A stretch of 53,636 nt of DNA from an uncultured bacterium (lineage in GTDB: Bacteria; Gemmatimonadota; Gemmatimonadetes; Palauibacterales; Palauibacteraceae), in contig CBDTXM010000002.1 in assembly GCA_965364445.1 (NCBI GenBank), forward strand, positions 1 to 53,636, given 5' to 3'. The translations under genes and the position numbers were made by a program. Below, piece by piece: positions 18,415 to 26,682 of the stretch; the stretch's first letter is position 1; each line of letters opens with the position of its first letter. The notes beneath the pieces were generated by a model that searched no databases, was not told the DNA's origin, and saw nothing but the letters and a program-made list of their open reading frames with translations.

Positions 18415-18587
18415 TCGCATCTGCACCGACATCCCGGACTTGCGGTGGCCCCTCGGCTCTCCGACTGTCCGGATGCGACACATGGCGTTCCGGCTCCGAA
18501 CAGTCGGAGCTGGCGCACGCGGTATCGTGAAAGCCATAAGATCCATGTCCTGAAGTCACTTACGAGCGTAGTCGCTACGATACCGGG

Positions 18588-18602
18588 TGGCACGCCGATT
18601 GC
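18588..18602 (+). promoter_or_regulatory. Sigma-54 (-24/-12) promoter consensus
   Basis: TGGCACGCCGATTGC matches TGGCAC-N5-TTGC exactly. It is intergenic, on the same strand as and upstream of an operon that encodes a sigma-54 activator. Confidence 0.6.
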
Positions 18603-18824
18603 CCGCTACCGCTGCTGCACGAGAGTCATCCGGAGAGGCGGGTCCGAGTCGGACCTCCAAACGTGACGGGATCGAGACGGGTAGAGATGCTGGACGCCGA
18701 CGGTACCGGACGAAACGAAGTCCCTTACGTGGGTCCGCAGGGTCGGGGCCGACGGGAGGGGGATCGTCATCTCCGAATCGCCGAGCAGGGTACCGACCGC
18801 GAGATGGGTCCCGCAGGCCCCGGA

Positions 18825-20081
18825 ATGGACATCCGACGAGAACGGAAGAGTCCGGGACGCAAAGCCGCGGCGGTGGCCATCGCGATTCTGGCTCTTCTGG
18901 CGGTCACGGTGGTCGTAGGTCGCTTGCGGCCTGCCGCGCCTGTCGTGGACGCGGATCTGATCGTCACGTCGGTGGTGGAGCGCGGTGCTCTCCCGATCGA
19001 GGTTCGCGGTTGGGGGATCCTTGCCACCGACCAGGTGCAGAAGATCGAGGCCACAGTCTCAGGGCGCGTGGCCTCGATTCACGTGGAGCCCGGAGATGTG
19101 GTTCGCACCGGCACACCGCTCGTGGAGCTCGCCAGCCCCGATCTCGCGCTGGACAGGGCTCGCGCCGAACAGGAGTTCACAGCTGCCCGGGCGGCATTTT
19201 CCGCGATTCGGCGTTCCATCGGCACCCAGCAACTCGAGCGGGAATCGTCTCTCGTCGATCGGCGTGCCGAGATGGCGCGGGCCAACCGGTCGGTGGAGCA
19301 GCTGCGGGCCCGGTTCGAGCAAGGCGACGCCGAAGTCGAAGAACTCGTGGCTGCGATCGATGCGGCCGCCGCCATCGAAGAGCAGATCCGTGTCGAAGAA
19401 GAGATGCTTGCTCTGCTGAGAGAGACGGGCGACGAGCAGGTAATGCTCGAGAAGGAAAAGCTCGTCGCACTCGCAGATGTGCTGCACCGGGAGAATGAGC
19501 GACTGGCGGCTCTGGCCGTCGAAGCCCCCGGAAGCGCGGTGGTGGAGTCGGTGGACGTCTCAACTGGCGACTGGGTGACTCCGGGTACCCGACTCGTTCG
19601 CCTCATCCGTCCGGAGCGTCTGCGCGCCGACCTGAAGGTGCCGTACCCGGCCGCCAAGAAGGTCCGGACCGGCAGCGTTGTGTTTCTGGTCGATGCCGTG
19701 GGCGATACGACCGGCGGCGAAGTGCAGGCGATCGGGGACCCCGTGCCCGGCGCAACCGGAAAGCACCTGCAGGTGAGTGTGCGGCTCGATGCGCCGCCTC
19801 GGGCGGACGCCGCGGTCGACGCCGGCGTGGACGCGGTCATTCAACTCGGCGTCATCGAAGAGGCCCTGTTCGTGAAGCGACCGGCCTGGACCGGGGAAGA
19901 GGGAGTCTCGTCCGTGTTCCGCGTTGCCAGCGATGGGAAGTCGGCCGAGCGGGTCAAGGTCCGATTCGGCGCCGGGTCCTGGGAGCGGGTCGAAGTGCTC
20001 GAGGGATTGACGGAGGGCGACGAGATCATTGTGTCGGACATGTCGCGATTCGACGAAGCGGAGTGCGTCAGGATCCAGTGA
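18825..20081 (+). CDS. HlyD/MacA-type periplasmic adaptor (membrane fusion) protein
   Basis: The ORF-track entry 18663..20081 was trimmed to MDIRRERKSPGRKAAAVAIAILALLAVTVVVG (anchor). It has a long coiled-coil middle and a beta-barrel C-terminus. The exact start is uncertain (an ATG at 18804 is also in frame). Confidence 0.8.
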   Translation: MDIRRERKSPGRKAAAVAIAILALLAVTVVVGRLRPAAPVVDADLIVTSVVERGALPIEVRGWGILATDQVQKIEATVSGRVASIHVEPGDVVRTGTPLVELASPDLALDRARAEQEFTAARAAFSAIRRSIGTQQLERESSLVDRRAEMARANRSVEQLRARFEQGDAEVEELVAAIDAAAAIEEQIRVEEEMLALLRETGDEQVMLEKEKLVALADVLHRENERLAALAVEAPGSAVVESVDVSTGDWVTPGTRLVRLIRPERLRADLKVPYPAAKKVRTGSVVFLVDAVGDTTGGEVQAIGDPVPGATGKHLQVSVRLDAPPRADAAVDAGVDAVIQLGVIEEALFVKRPAWTGEEGVSSVFRVASDGKSAERVKVRFGAGSWERVEVLEGLTEGDEIIVSDMSRFDEAECVRIQ

Positions 20082-20106
20082 CTGAACTCTTCCCGGAACG
20101 GCTCCG

Positions 20107-20835
20107 ATGAACGAGAACCGCGATCCGCTCATCCGCCTCGTCGGCGTACGCAAGGTATTCTACACCGACGAGATCGAGACCCACGCGCTGTCCGACGTGC
20201 ACCTCGAGGTTCGAGGTGGCGAATTCGTAGAGGTGATGGGACCCTCGGGCTGCGGAAAGTCGACACTTCTGGCGATCGTCGGTCTGCTCGACACTCCGAG
20301 CGCCGGAGAGTACTGGATGGATGGTCGCCCCGTATACGAGCTGTCGGCTGGCGAGCGAGCCCGCGTCCGCAACGAGTCGATCGGCTTCATCTTCCAGGCG
20401 TTCAATCTGATCGCCGACATGACCGTGTTCGAGAACGTCGAGCTGCCGCTCACGTATCGGGGCATGAGTCAGGCGGAGCGGCGCAGGGCCGTCCTCGAGG
20501 CCCTCGAGCGCGTCGGGATGTCGCACCGCATGGACCACTATCCGGGCCAGCTGTCGGGTGGGCAGCAGCAGCGCGTGGCAGCGGCACGTGCCGTAGTCGG
20601 ACACCCGCGAATCCTGCTCGCCGACGAGCCCACCGGGAATCTCGATTCGACCAACGGGGAGGCCGTAATGCAGCTCCTGCGCGAGTTGCACGGCGAGGGC
20701 ACTACGATCCTGATGGTGACGCACGACCCGCGCTACTCGAGATTCGCGGAGCGCACCGTCCACCTGTTCGATGGTCGCATCGTGGAGGAGTCAGTCGCGG
20801 AGTTGAATCGGACAAGATCCGGAGGCACACCTTGA
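20107..20835 (+). CDS. ABC transporter ATP-binding protein, MacB/LolD-type
   Basis: Walker A GPSGCGKST, signature LSGGQQQR and Walker B ILLADEPTGNLD. 242 aa. Confidence 0.95.
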   Translation: MNENRDPLIRLVGVRKVFYTDEIETHALSDVHLEVRGGEFVEVMGPSGCGKSTLLAIVGLLDTPSAGEYWMDGRPVYELSAGERARVRNESIGFIFQAFNLIADMTVFENVELPLTYRGMSQAERRRAVLEALERVGMSHRMDHYPGQLSGGQQQRVAAARAVVGHPRILLADEPTGNLDSTNGEAVMQLLRELHGEGTTILMVTHDPRYSRFAERTVHLFDGRIVEESVAELNRTRSGGTP

Positions 20836-22202
20836 ATCGCACGGCTCCGAACATCCTCGTAGCGGATGATCAGCCCGACGTCCTGGCGGCGGCTCGACTG
20901 CTGCTGAAGAGCGAGGGCTGTGAAGTCACGACGGCGGCCTCTCCTGCTGAGGTCCTGGACTTGCTCGAGTCGGACGAGTACGACGTTCTCCTGCTCGATC
21001 TCAACTACAGCCGCGACACGACTTCCGGCCAGGAAGGCCTGGAGCTGGTCCCGAAGGTTCTGGCGCTCGACTCGACACTGCCGATCATCGTGATGACGGC
21101 GTGGGGCAGCATCGAGAGCGCGGTTGAGGCGATCAGACGTGGCGCCCGGGATTACATCGAGAAGCCGTGGGACAACGACCGGCTCGTCGCGACCGTCCGT
21201 ACGCAGCTGGATCTCGTCCGCGCGGTGCGTAAGGCTCAGATCCTCGAGGCCGAGAACGAGATGCTCCGCACGGGGGACGACGTTCCCGAGCTGATCTCGG
21301 AGTCCAAGGCCATGGCTCCTGTCCTCCGGCTGATCGAGAAGGTAGGCCCGTCCGACGCCAACGTGCTGATCACGGGAGAACCGGGCACCGGAAAGGAAGT
21401 CGTGGCCCGCTGGCTCCACCACAGATCGAAGCGAGGACAGCGACCCCTGGTCACCGTGAATACGGGCGGACTTTCCGAGGGCGTGTTCGAAAGCGAGATG
21501 TTCGGGCACGTGAAGGGGGCGTTCACCGACGCGAAGGCCGACCGGATCGGATACTTCGAGCTCGCCGACCGCGGAACTCTCTTCCTCGACGAGATCGGGA
21601 ATGTCCCGATGGCCCAGCAGGCGAAGCTGCTGAGGGTGCTGGAGACCGGCGAACTCCAACGGGTGGGGTCATCGAAAACTCGTCGGGTCGACGTGCGGAT
21701 CCTCAGTGCCACGAACGCTTTGCTGGACCAGGCGGTCGCCGACGGTCGATTTCGCGAGGACCTCTACTACCGACTGAACGCCGTCGAGATTCGTCTCCCG
21801 CCGCTCCGGGAGCGCCGGGAAGACATCCCGATTCTCGCGGCGCACTTCCTGGCGGCCGCGGGCCTGAAGTACGGTCGTCCGGAACTGAAACTCAGCGCCA
21901 GTTCCGTGGAAGCGCTGCTTCGGCACCCGTGGCCGGGCAACGTCCGAGAACTCCGACACTCGGTGGAGCGAGCGGTCCTTCTGGCCGAGACGAACGAAGT
22001 AGGCGTCGAGCACCTGGGACTGCGAACTTCGCCCGAGGGCTCGCTAAGGCTCGAGAACATGCAGCTGGACGATGCAGAGCGCATCCTGATCCGGAAGTCA
22101 CTGGCCCGGAACCGCGGAAATGTGAGCCGGGCCGCCGAGGATCTCGGAATCAGCCGAAGCGCCCTTTACCGACGTCTCAAGCGCCACGGGCTTCAGGCCT
22201 GA
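20832..22202 (+). CDS. Sigma-54-dependent response regulator (NtrC family: REC + AAA+ + Fis HTH)
   Basis: REC domain (ILVADDQPDV...LLLDLNY), AAA+ Walker A GEPGTGKE, Walker B TLFLDEIG, GAFTGA-like loop GAFTDA and C-terminal HTH NVSRAAEDLGISRSALYRRLK. It has a TTG start with GGAGG 6 nt upstream and a TTGA overlap with the ATPase gene. Confidence 0.95.
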   Translation: MNRTAPNILVADDQPDVLAAARLLLKSEGCEVTTAASPAEVLDLLESDEYDVLLLDLNYSRDTTSGQEGLELVPKVLALDSTLPIIVMTAWGSIESAVEAIRRGARDYIEKPWDNDRLVATVRTQLDLVRAVRKAQILEAENEMLRTGDDVPELISESKAMAPVLRLIEKVGPSDANVLITGEPGTGKEVVARWLHHRSKRGQRPLVTVNTGGLSEGVFESEMFGHVKGAFTDAKADRIGYFELADRGTLFLDEIGNVPMAQQAKLLRVLETGELQRVGSSKTRRVDVRILSATNALLDQAVADGRFREDLYYRLNAVEIRLPPLRERREDIPILAAHFLAAAGLKYGRPELKLSASSVEALLRHPWPGNVRELRHSVERAVLLAETNEVGVEHLGLRTSPEGSLRLENMQLDDAERILIRKSLARNRGNVSRAAEDLGISRSALYRRLKRHGLQA

Positions 22203-22227
22203 GGCATACGGCGTCGAGCCCGGAACG

Positions 22228-23625
22228 GTGACTCAATCCTCGCGCATCGGGCGCATCCGTCGCTGGCTGACCTATCAGCGATTGCTGCCGTTGCTCGCGC
22301 TCGCCTCCGGGGCGCCGGCGACCGCGGTGTCCCTCCTGCTGGTCTGGACCGGAGATTTCGCCGGGCGCACGCAGTGGACCGTCACCATTTTCGTGCTCGG
22401 CAGCTGGGCCATTCTTCTCTTCCATCTGCGCGAGCGACTCGTACGCCCCCTGCACGCCGTCTCGAACATGCTCGAGGCGCTGCGAGAGGGGGACTATTCC
22501 TTGCGAACGCGCACCCCGAATCGGGATGACGCATTGGGCCTCATCCTGCATGAGGTCAACCAGCTGGCCCAGTCATTCCACGATCAGCGTCTCGACGCGA
22601 TGGAGGCGTCGAATCTTCTGTCGCGCATCATGGCCGTGATCGACGTGGCGCTGCTCGCCTTCGACGAGAATGACCAGCTTCAACTGGTCAATCCGGCAGG
22701 TGAACGGTTGCTCGGGCAACCATCATCCCGATTGATCGGACGCAGTGCCGCAGAACTCGAACTCGCTGACTGCCTTGAAGGTGCGACGCCCAGGGTGACC
22801 GATCTTCTAGTCTCGGAGGGGTTGGGTCGATGGGAGCTTCGACGAAGGACCTTTCGTTGGGATGGCAGACCGCATCGTCTCGTCGTGCTGACCGACCTGA
22901 GCCAGGTACTCCGGGAGGAGGAGCGGGTCGCATGGCAGCGGCTGATTCGTGTCCTCGGCCACGAAATCAACAACAGTCTTACGCCCATCAAGTCGATTGC
23001 AGAGAGCCTGGCCGGACTTCTCGAGCGGGACGAACCGCTCGAGTCGTACGAGGATGACCTCCGCGAGGGTCTGGCAGTCATTGGAGGACGCTCCGAGGCA
23101 CTCGGCCGGTTCATGGCGTCCTACGCGCGCCTCGCCCGGCTGCCTGCGCCGGAGCTGAAGCCGCTGGAGGTAGGCGCATGGATCCGCCGGATTTCCAACC
23201 TCGAAACGCGACTGCCGGTGCAGGTGGTGGAAGGAAGCGAAGTCACTATCGAGGCCGACAGCGATCAACTGGATCAGCTCCTCATCAATCTCGTCGAGAA
23301 CGCGGCTGACGCGTCACTGGAGACGGGTGGGGGCGTACGGGTGGGCTGGGAACGTTCAGACGGCACCGTGGAGATCTGGGTCGAGGACGAGGGACCGGGG
23401 CTGGCCGCTACGGCCAACCTGTTCGTGCCGTTCTTCACCACGAAGCCGAAGGGCTCCGGGATCGGCCTGGCACTGGGTCGTCAGATCGCGGAGGCGCACG
23501 GGGGAAGCCTGACGCTGAGAAATCGTGCCTCACAGCCCGGGTGCGTGGCTCTGGTCCGCCTCCCGATTGGCCGGTCCAAGGCCGACCCGCCCCACCGGCC
23601 GGATTCCGCTATTCCAACCCCCTGA
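22228..23625 (+). CDS. Sensor histidine kinase (two TM helices, HAMP, PAS-like, HisKA, HATPase)
   Basis: H-box LGHEINNSLTPI, N-box LLINLVENAADA, G-boxes DEGPGL and GSGIGLALG. The two N-terminal hydrophobic helices are separated by only about nine residues. Confidence 0.9.
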   Translation: MTQSSRIGRIRRWLTYQRLLPLLALASGAPATAVSLLLVWTGDFAGRTQWTVTIFVLGSWAILLFHLRERLVRPLHAVSNMLEALREGDYSLRTRTPNRDDALGLILHEVNQLAQSFHDQRLDAMEASNLLSRIMAVIDVALLAFDENDQLQLVNPAGERLLGQPSSRLIGRSAAELELADCLEGATPRVTDLLVSEGLGRWELRRRTFRWDGRPHRLVVLTDLSQVLREEERVAWQRLIRVLGHEINNSLTPIKSIAESLAGLLERDEPLESYEDDLREGLAVIGGRSEALGRFMASYARLARLPAPELKPLEVGAWIRRISNLETRLPVQVVEGSEVTIEADSDQLDQLLINLVENAADASLETGGGVRVGWERSDGTVEIWVEDEGPGLAATANLFVPFFTTKPKGSGIGLALGRQIAEAHGGSLTLRNRASQPGCVALVRLPIGRSKADPPHRPDSAIPTP

Positions 23626-24412
23626 GTGCCCCGAGGTCCAGGTCGGGCAGCCGTGCGAGCGATTCGACGACCACATGGGGCGACAGCGCTGCAGGCGCGG
23701 CCTGCGTCATCGCCTCGTCGAACTTGCCGGTCCGAACCTGGATCGTGATCAGACCTGCGTCCCGCCCGCCCCGGATGTCGCTCTCCAGGTCGTCTCCGAT
23801 CACCCCGAGTTGATCGATTTCCCGGTCCAGGATCCCGGCCGCCATCGCGAAGAACGCGGGCGCTGGCTTGCCAATCAGAGTGGCTGACCGGCCTGAAGCG
23901 TACTCGAGTGCAGCGACGAACGGACCGGCGTCGAGCGTCGGTCCCGCGTCGGGAAGCCAGAATCGATTCCGGTGAATGGCGATCAGATCTGCACCGTTGC
24001 GCAGGCTGCGGAATGCCGAGTTGAGCAACTCGAAGGTGAACCCGGGGCCCAGATCGCCGACGAGCACTGCCTCCGGATCTCGGTCCGCGACGGCGATCCC
24101 CTCGAAGTCCTCGTGCGTGGAGTCCGCAACGAGCAGCTGAACGGATCCGATCCCCCGGGACCGCAGCCAGGCGGCGGCGGCGACCGGCGCGGTCAGGACT
24201 TCCTCGGCCGACACCGGAAAGCCCATGCGAACAAGGTCCGACACGACATCGGCGCGTGACTTCCGACTCGTGTTGGTGGTGAACAGATACGGAATCCCAT
24301 CTGCCCGCAGCCGCTCGATCGCCTCCACGACTCCGGGGACGAGCGAACTCCCCTCGTAGACGGTCCCATCCAGATCGATCAACAGCCCTCGTACCGGGCG
24401 AATCGAGCTCAT
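23609..24412 (-). CDS. HAD-superfamily hydrolase, subfamily IIA (NagD-like)
   Basis: Trimmed to MSSIRPVRGLLIDLDGTVY (DxDGT motif), with TTNTS and GDDLESDIRGG motifs. Confidence 0.85.
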   Translation of the reverse strand: MSSIRPVRGLLIDLDGTVYEGSSLVPGVVEAIERLRADGIPYLFTTNTSRKSRADVVSDLVRMGFPVSAEEVLTAPVAAAAWLRSRGIGSVQLLVADSTHEDFEGIAVADRDPEAVLVGDLGPGFTFELLNSAFRSLRNGADLIAIHRNRFWLPDAGPTLDAGPFVAALEYASGRSATLIGKPAPAFFAMAAGILDREIDQLGVIGDDLESDIRGGRDAGLITIQVRTGKFDEAMTQAAPAALSPHVVVESLARLPDLDLGALRGLE

Positions 24413-24602
24413 TTTCACGCCACGATATCCCTTTCTGTCGCTTCTTCTGCTCACGATCGCAGGATCGACGAAATCCTGTCGCCCGTGTGCGACTTCCGAC
24501 TTGCAGCCCGCGCTCGGGCACCGGATGTTCCGGTCATGGCCCCGACGGATCAAGCTCGAGATTACAGGGGATGATCGTCAATTCCACCAGTGTGAGGTAG
24601 CG

Positions 24603-25868
24603 GTGCCCGATCTCAGACCCTTTCGCGCTCTGCGATACAGCCCCCGGGCCGGAAGTCTCTCGGAACTCCTGGCTCCGCCGTATGACGTGATCGATCCACG
24701 GCAGGCACGCTCTCTCCGGAATCGACACGATTCGAACAGCGTACGCCTGGTACTGCCCGAGGGCGAGGTCCCTGAGAGATACGAGGTCGCGGCCCGGACT
24801 CTGGGGAGCTGGATCGAATCGGGAATCCTGGAGCTCGATTCCGAACCGGCGGTCACGGTCTACCGGCAGAGCTTCCCGGGACCGACGGGTCCGGTCACGC
24901 GCCACGCGCTCTTCGCGGCCCTGAGGCTCAGTCCGTTCGGAGAGGGGGAGGTGCTGCCCCACGAGCGCACACATTCCGGACCGAAACGGGACCGCCTGGC
25001 TTTGACGCTCGCCACGCGCACACAATTGTCACCCGTCTTCCTCACCACACGCGACGAGGCAGGAGAGCTTCTCACGGCGCTGCGCGGCATTGCGGCGGAC
25101 TCCGAGCCGGACTACCGGGCCGAGACCGAGGACGGCGTCGCACATGCAGCGTGGAGAGTAATGGACCCGAAGACCTGTGACCGACTCTGCCGAATCGCGG
25201 GAACCGGCCCACTTCTGATCGCGGACGGTCACCACAGGTACGAGACTGCGCTGGAGGTCCGACGGCAGCTCGGAGAAGAAGTAACCGAGGCCGGAAGCGT
25301 TCTGGCCTGCGTGGTGAGCGGCGAGGATCCGGGTCTTCGGATCCAGCCAACCCACCGTGTGCTGATCGGCCCGCCGCCGGGACCGGGAGAGGACGGCTGG
25401 ATCGATCGTCTCCGCGAGAGTTTCACGTTGAGCCCGATTCCAGACTCCGAGGCGAGCCCGGATGCACTTGCTGCAGAGGCGGAGAGAACCGGTTCCATGG
25501 TGGTCGTCACGCCCGACGGAGCCTGGCGCCTGCAACCCAGGAAGAGCGTCGCCTCAGATGCGGGCCTCGATGACGACGATCTGGCGATTCCGAGCGTCGT
25601 GCTCGATCGTCTGGTGGTCGAGGCCATCCTCGGATCGGATGCGGATACCGCGGCACACGTGGACCGACTCGTCTACGTTCGCGAACCGGCCGCGGCCGTG
25701 TCCGCCGCCGGAGCGCAGGGGGCGGCCTTTTTGCTGCCCGCCGTAAGTCCCTCGGCCGTATGGACGGTAACCGGGCTGGGTCGCCGCCTCCCGCCGAAGT
25801 CCACCTATTACGAGCCCAAGATTCCCTCGGGTCTGCTCTTTCGGCCGCTGGACGACCCGGAAGCCTGA
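24603..25868 (+). CDS. DUF1015 family protein
   Basis: GTG at 24603 with GAGG 5 nt upstream. VPDLRPFRALRYSP...LAPPYDVIDP...NSVRLVLPEG is the characteristic DUF1015 N-terminus. Confidence 0.85.
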   Translation: MPDLRPFRALRYSPRAGSLSELLAPPYDVIDPRQARSLRNRHDSNSVRLVLPEGEVPERYEVAARTLGSWIESGILELDSEPAVTVYRQSFPGPTGPVTRHALFAALRLSPFGEGEVLPHERTHSGPKRDRLALTLATRTQLSPVFLTTRDEAGELLTALRGIAADSEPDYRAETEDGVAHAAWRVMDPKTCDRLCRIAGTGPLLIADGHHRYETALEVRRQLGEEVTEAGSVLACVVSGEDPGLRIQPTHRVLIGPPPGPGEDGWIDRLRESFTLSPIPDSEASPDALAAEAERTGSMVVVTPDGAWRLQPRKSVASDAGLDDDDLAIPSVVLDRLVVEAILGSDADTAAHVDRLVYVREPAAAVSAAGAQGAAFLLPAVSPSAVWTVTGLGRRLPPKSTYYEPKIPSGLLFRPLDDPEA

Positions 25869-25873
25869 CTCCG

Positions 25874-25898
25874 GAGCCGGGAGATACGGAACCGGCTC
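25874..25898. terminator. Hairpin between convergent genes
   Basis: GAGCCGG (25874-25880) pairs with CCGGCTC (25892-25898) around an 11-nt loop. It lies between the DUF1015 stop and the PIN-gene stop. Confidence 0.35.
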
Positions 25899-26373
25899 AG
25901 TCCGAATTCGTTGGCAGTGCCGCATACGCATCCAGCGACTCGATGCCCATGCCGGCCACCCGGCGCAGCGACGAATGACGGGTCAGAAACAGATCGGCGT
26001 CCTCGGAGAGCGCCGTGGCGAGCTGAACGGATCGCTCCAGACTGCCGCCGATCCGCGCCCTGACCTGAGCCGCCTGACGGGCGATACGTCCGTCGAGGGG
26101 AATCACTTCCAGGCCCGGTAGCGCGCCAATCAATCGCTCGACCCGGTCAGCGGTCGTCTCTTCTCCTCGGCGATACGACTCCATCAGCAACTGATAGAGG
26201 CTGAGCGCCGACGTCTGCGCGGCGACTTCACCTGATTCCATCAAGCGGAACAGGGTGCGGGTCAGCGGCAGGGAGCCCGGGATGCCCGCCGCATGCAGGG
26301 CGAGGACGCTCGCGTCCAGGTGCACCAGCGCCGGGTCTCGAAGTAACTCCTCGAACCGATCGTGCTCACTCAC
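25897..26373 (-). CDS. PIN-domain (VapC-like) toxin
   Basis: Start placed at GTG 26373, overlapping the antitoxin stop (GTGAGTGA). It has an early acidic motif VHLDASVL and later conserved acidic positions. Size and position after an AbrB-type gene fit a VapC. Confidence 0.65.
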   Translation of the reverse strand: MSEHDRFEELLRDPALVHLDASVLALHAAGIPGSLPLTRTLFRLMESGEVAAQTSALSLYQLLMESYRRGEETTADRVERLIGALPGLEVIPLDGRIARQAAQVRARIGGSLERSVQLATALSEDADLFLTRHSSLRRVAGMGIESLDAYAALPTNSD

Positions 26374-26596
26374 CGCGCACCTCCGGCCAGAGAACCACCG
26401 ACCCGTTGTCTGCGTCAACCCGAATCAGCCCTTCCAGCTCGGCCGCCGGGTCCTCCGGGCGGCGCCGCATCTCGATGACTCCGTCGTCACGGACGCTGAC
26501 CAGCAGTCGATCTCCGGGTCCGAGTCCCAGCGCATCACGGGCTTCGCGAGGAACGACGATCTGGTGCTTGCTGCTGATCTTCACCGTTGAAGGCAC
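26366..26596 (-). CDS. AbrB/SpoVT-MazE-type antitoxin (VapB-like)
   Basis: This is the C-terminal 76 codons of the long ORF 26366..27208. GTG at 26596 is preceded by GGGGAGG 5 nt upstream. VKISSKHQIVVPREARDALGLGPGDRLLVSVRDDGVIEM is a typical swapped-hairpin DNA-binding domain. Confidence 0.75.
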   Translation of the reverse strand: MPSTVKISSKHQIVVPREARDALGLGPGDRLLVSVRDDGVIEMRRRPEDPAAELEGLIRVDADNGSVVLWPEVRGE

Positions 26597-26652
26597 ATGG
26601 ACCTCCCCACGAATTTCGAACAGGTGGTCGGGGCTGCGGCACGACCCCGTCT

Positions 26653-26678
26653 CTTTACTCTGATACTTTACAGTAAAG
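26653..26678. promoter_or_regulatory. Candidate operator of the toxin-antitoxin operon
   Basis: CTTTAC (26653-26658) plus the 13-bp palindrome CTTTAC-A-GTAAAG (26666-26678). It lies about 70 nt upstream of the antitoxin start and is AT-rich relative to its surroundings. Confidence 0.4.
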
Positions 26679-26682
26679 CCTG

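Noticed and set aside
23609-23625. 17-bp convergent overlap of the histidine kinase and HAD hydrolase 3' ends
   Set aside because: This is common in compact high-GC genomes. I see no structure or motif in the overlap suggesting function.
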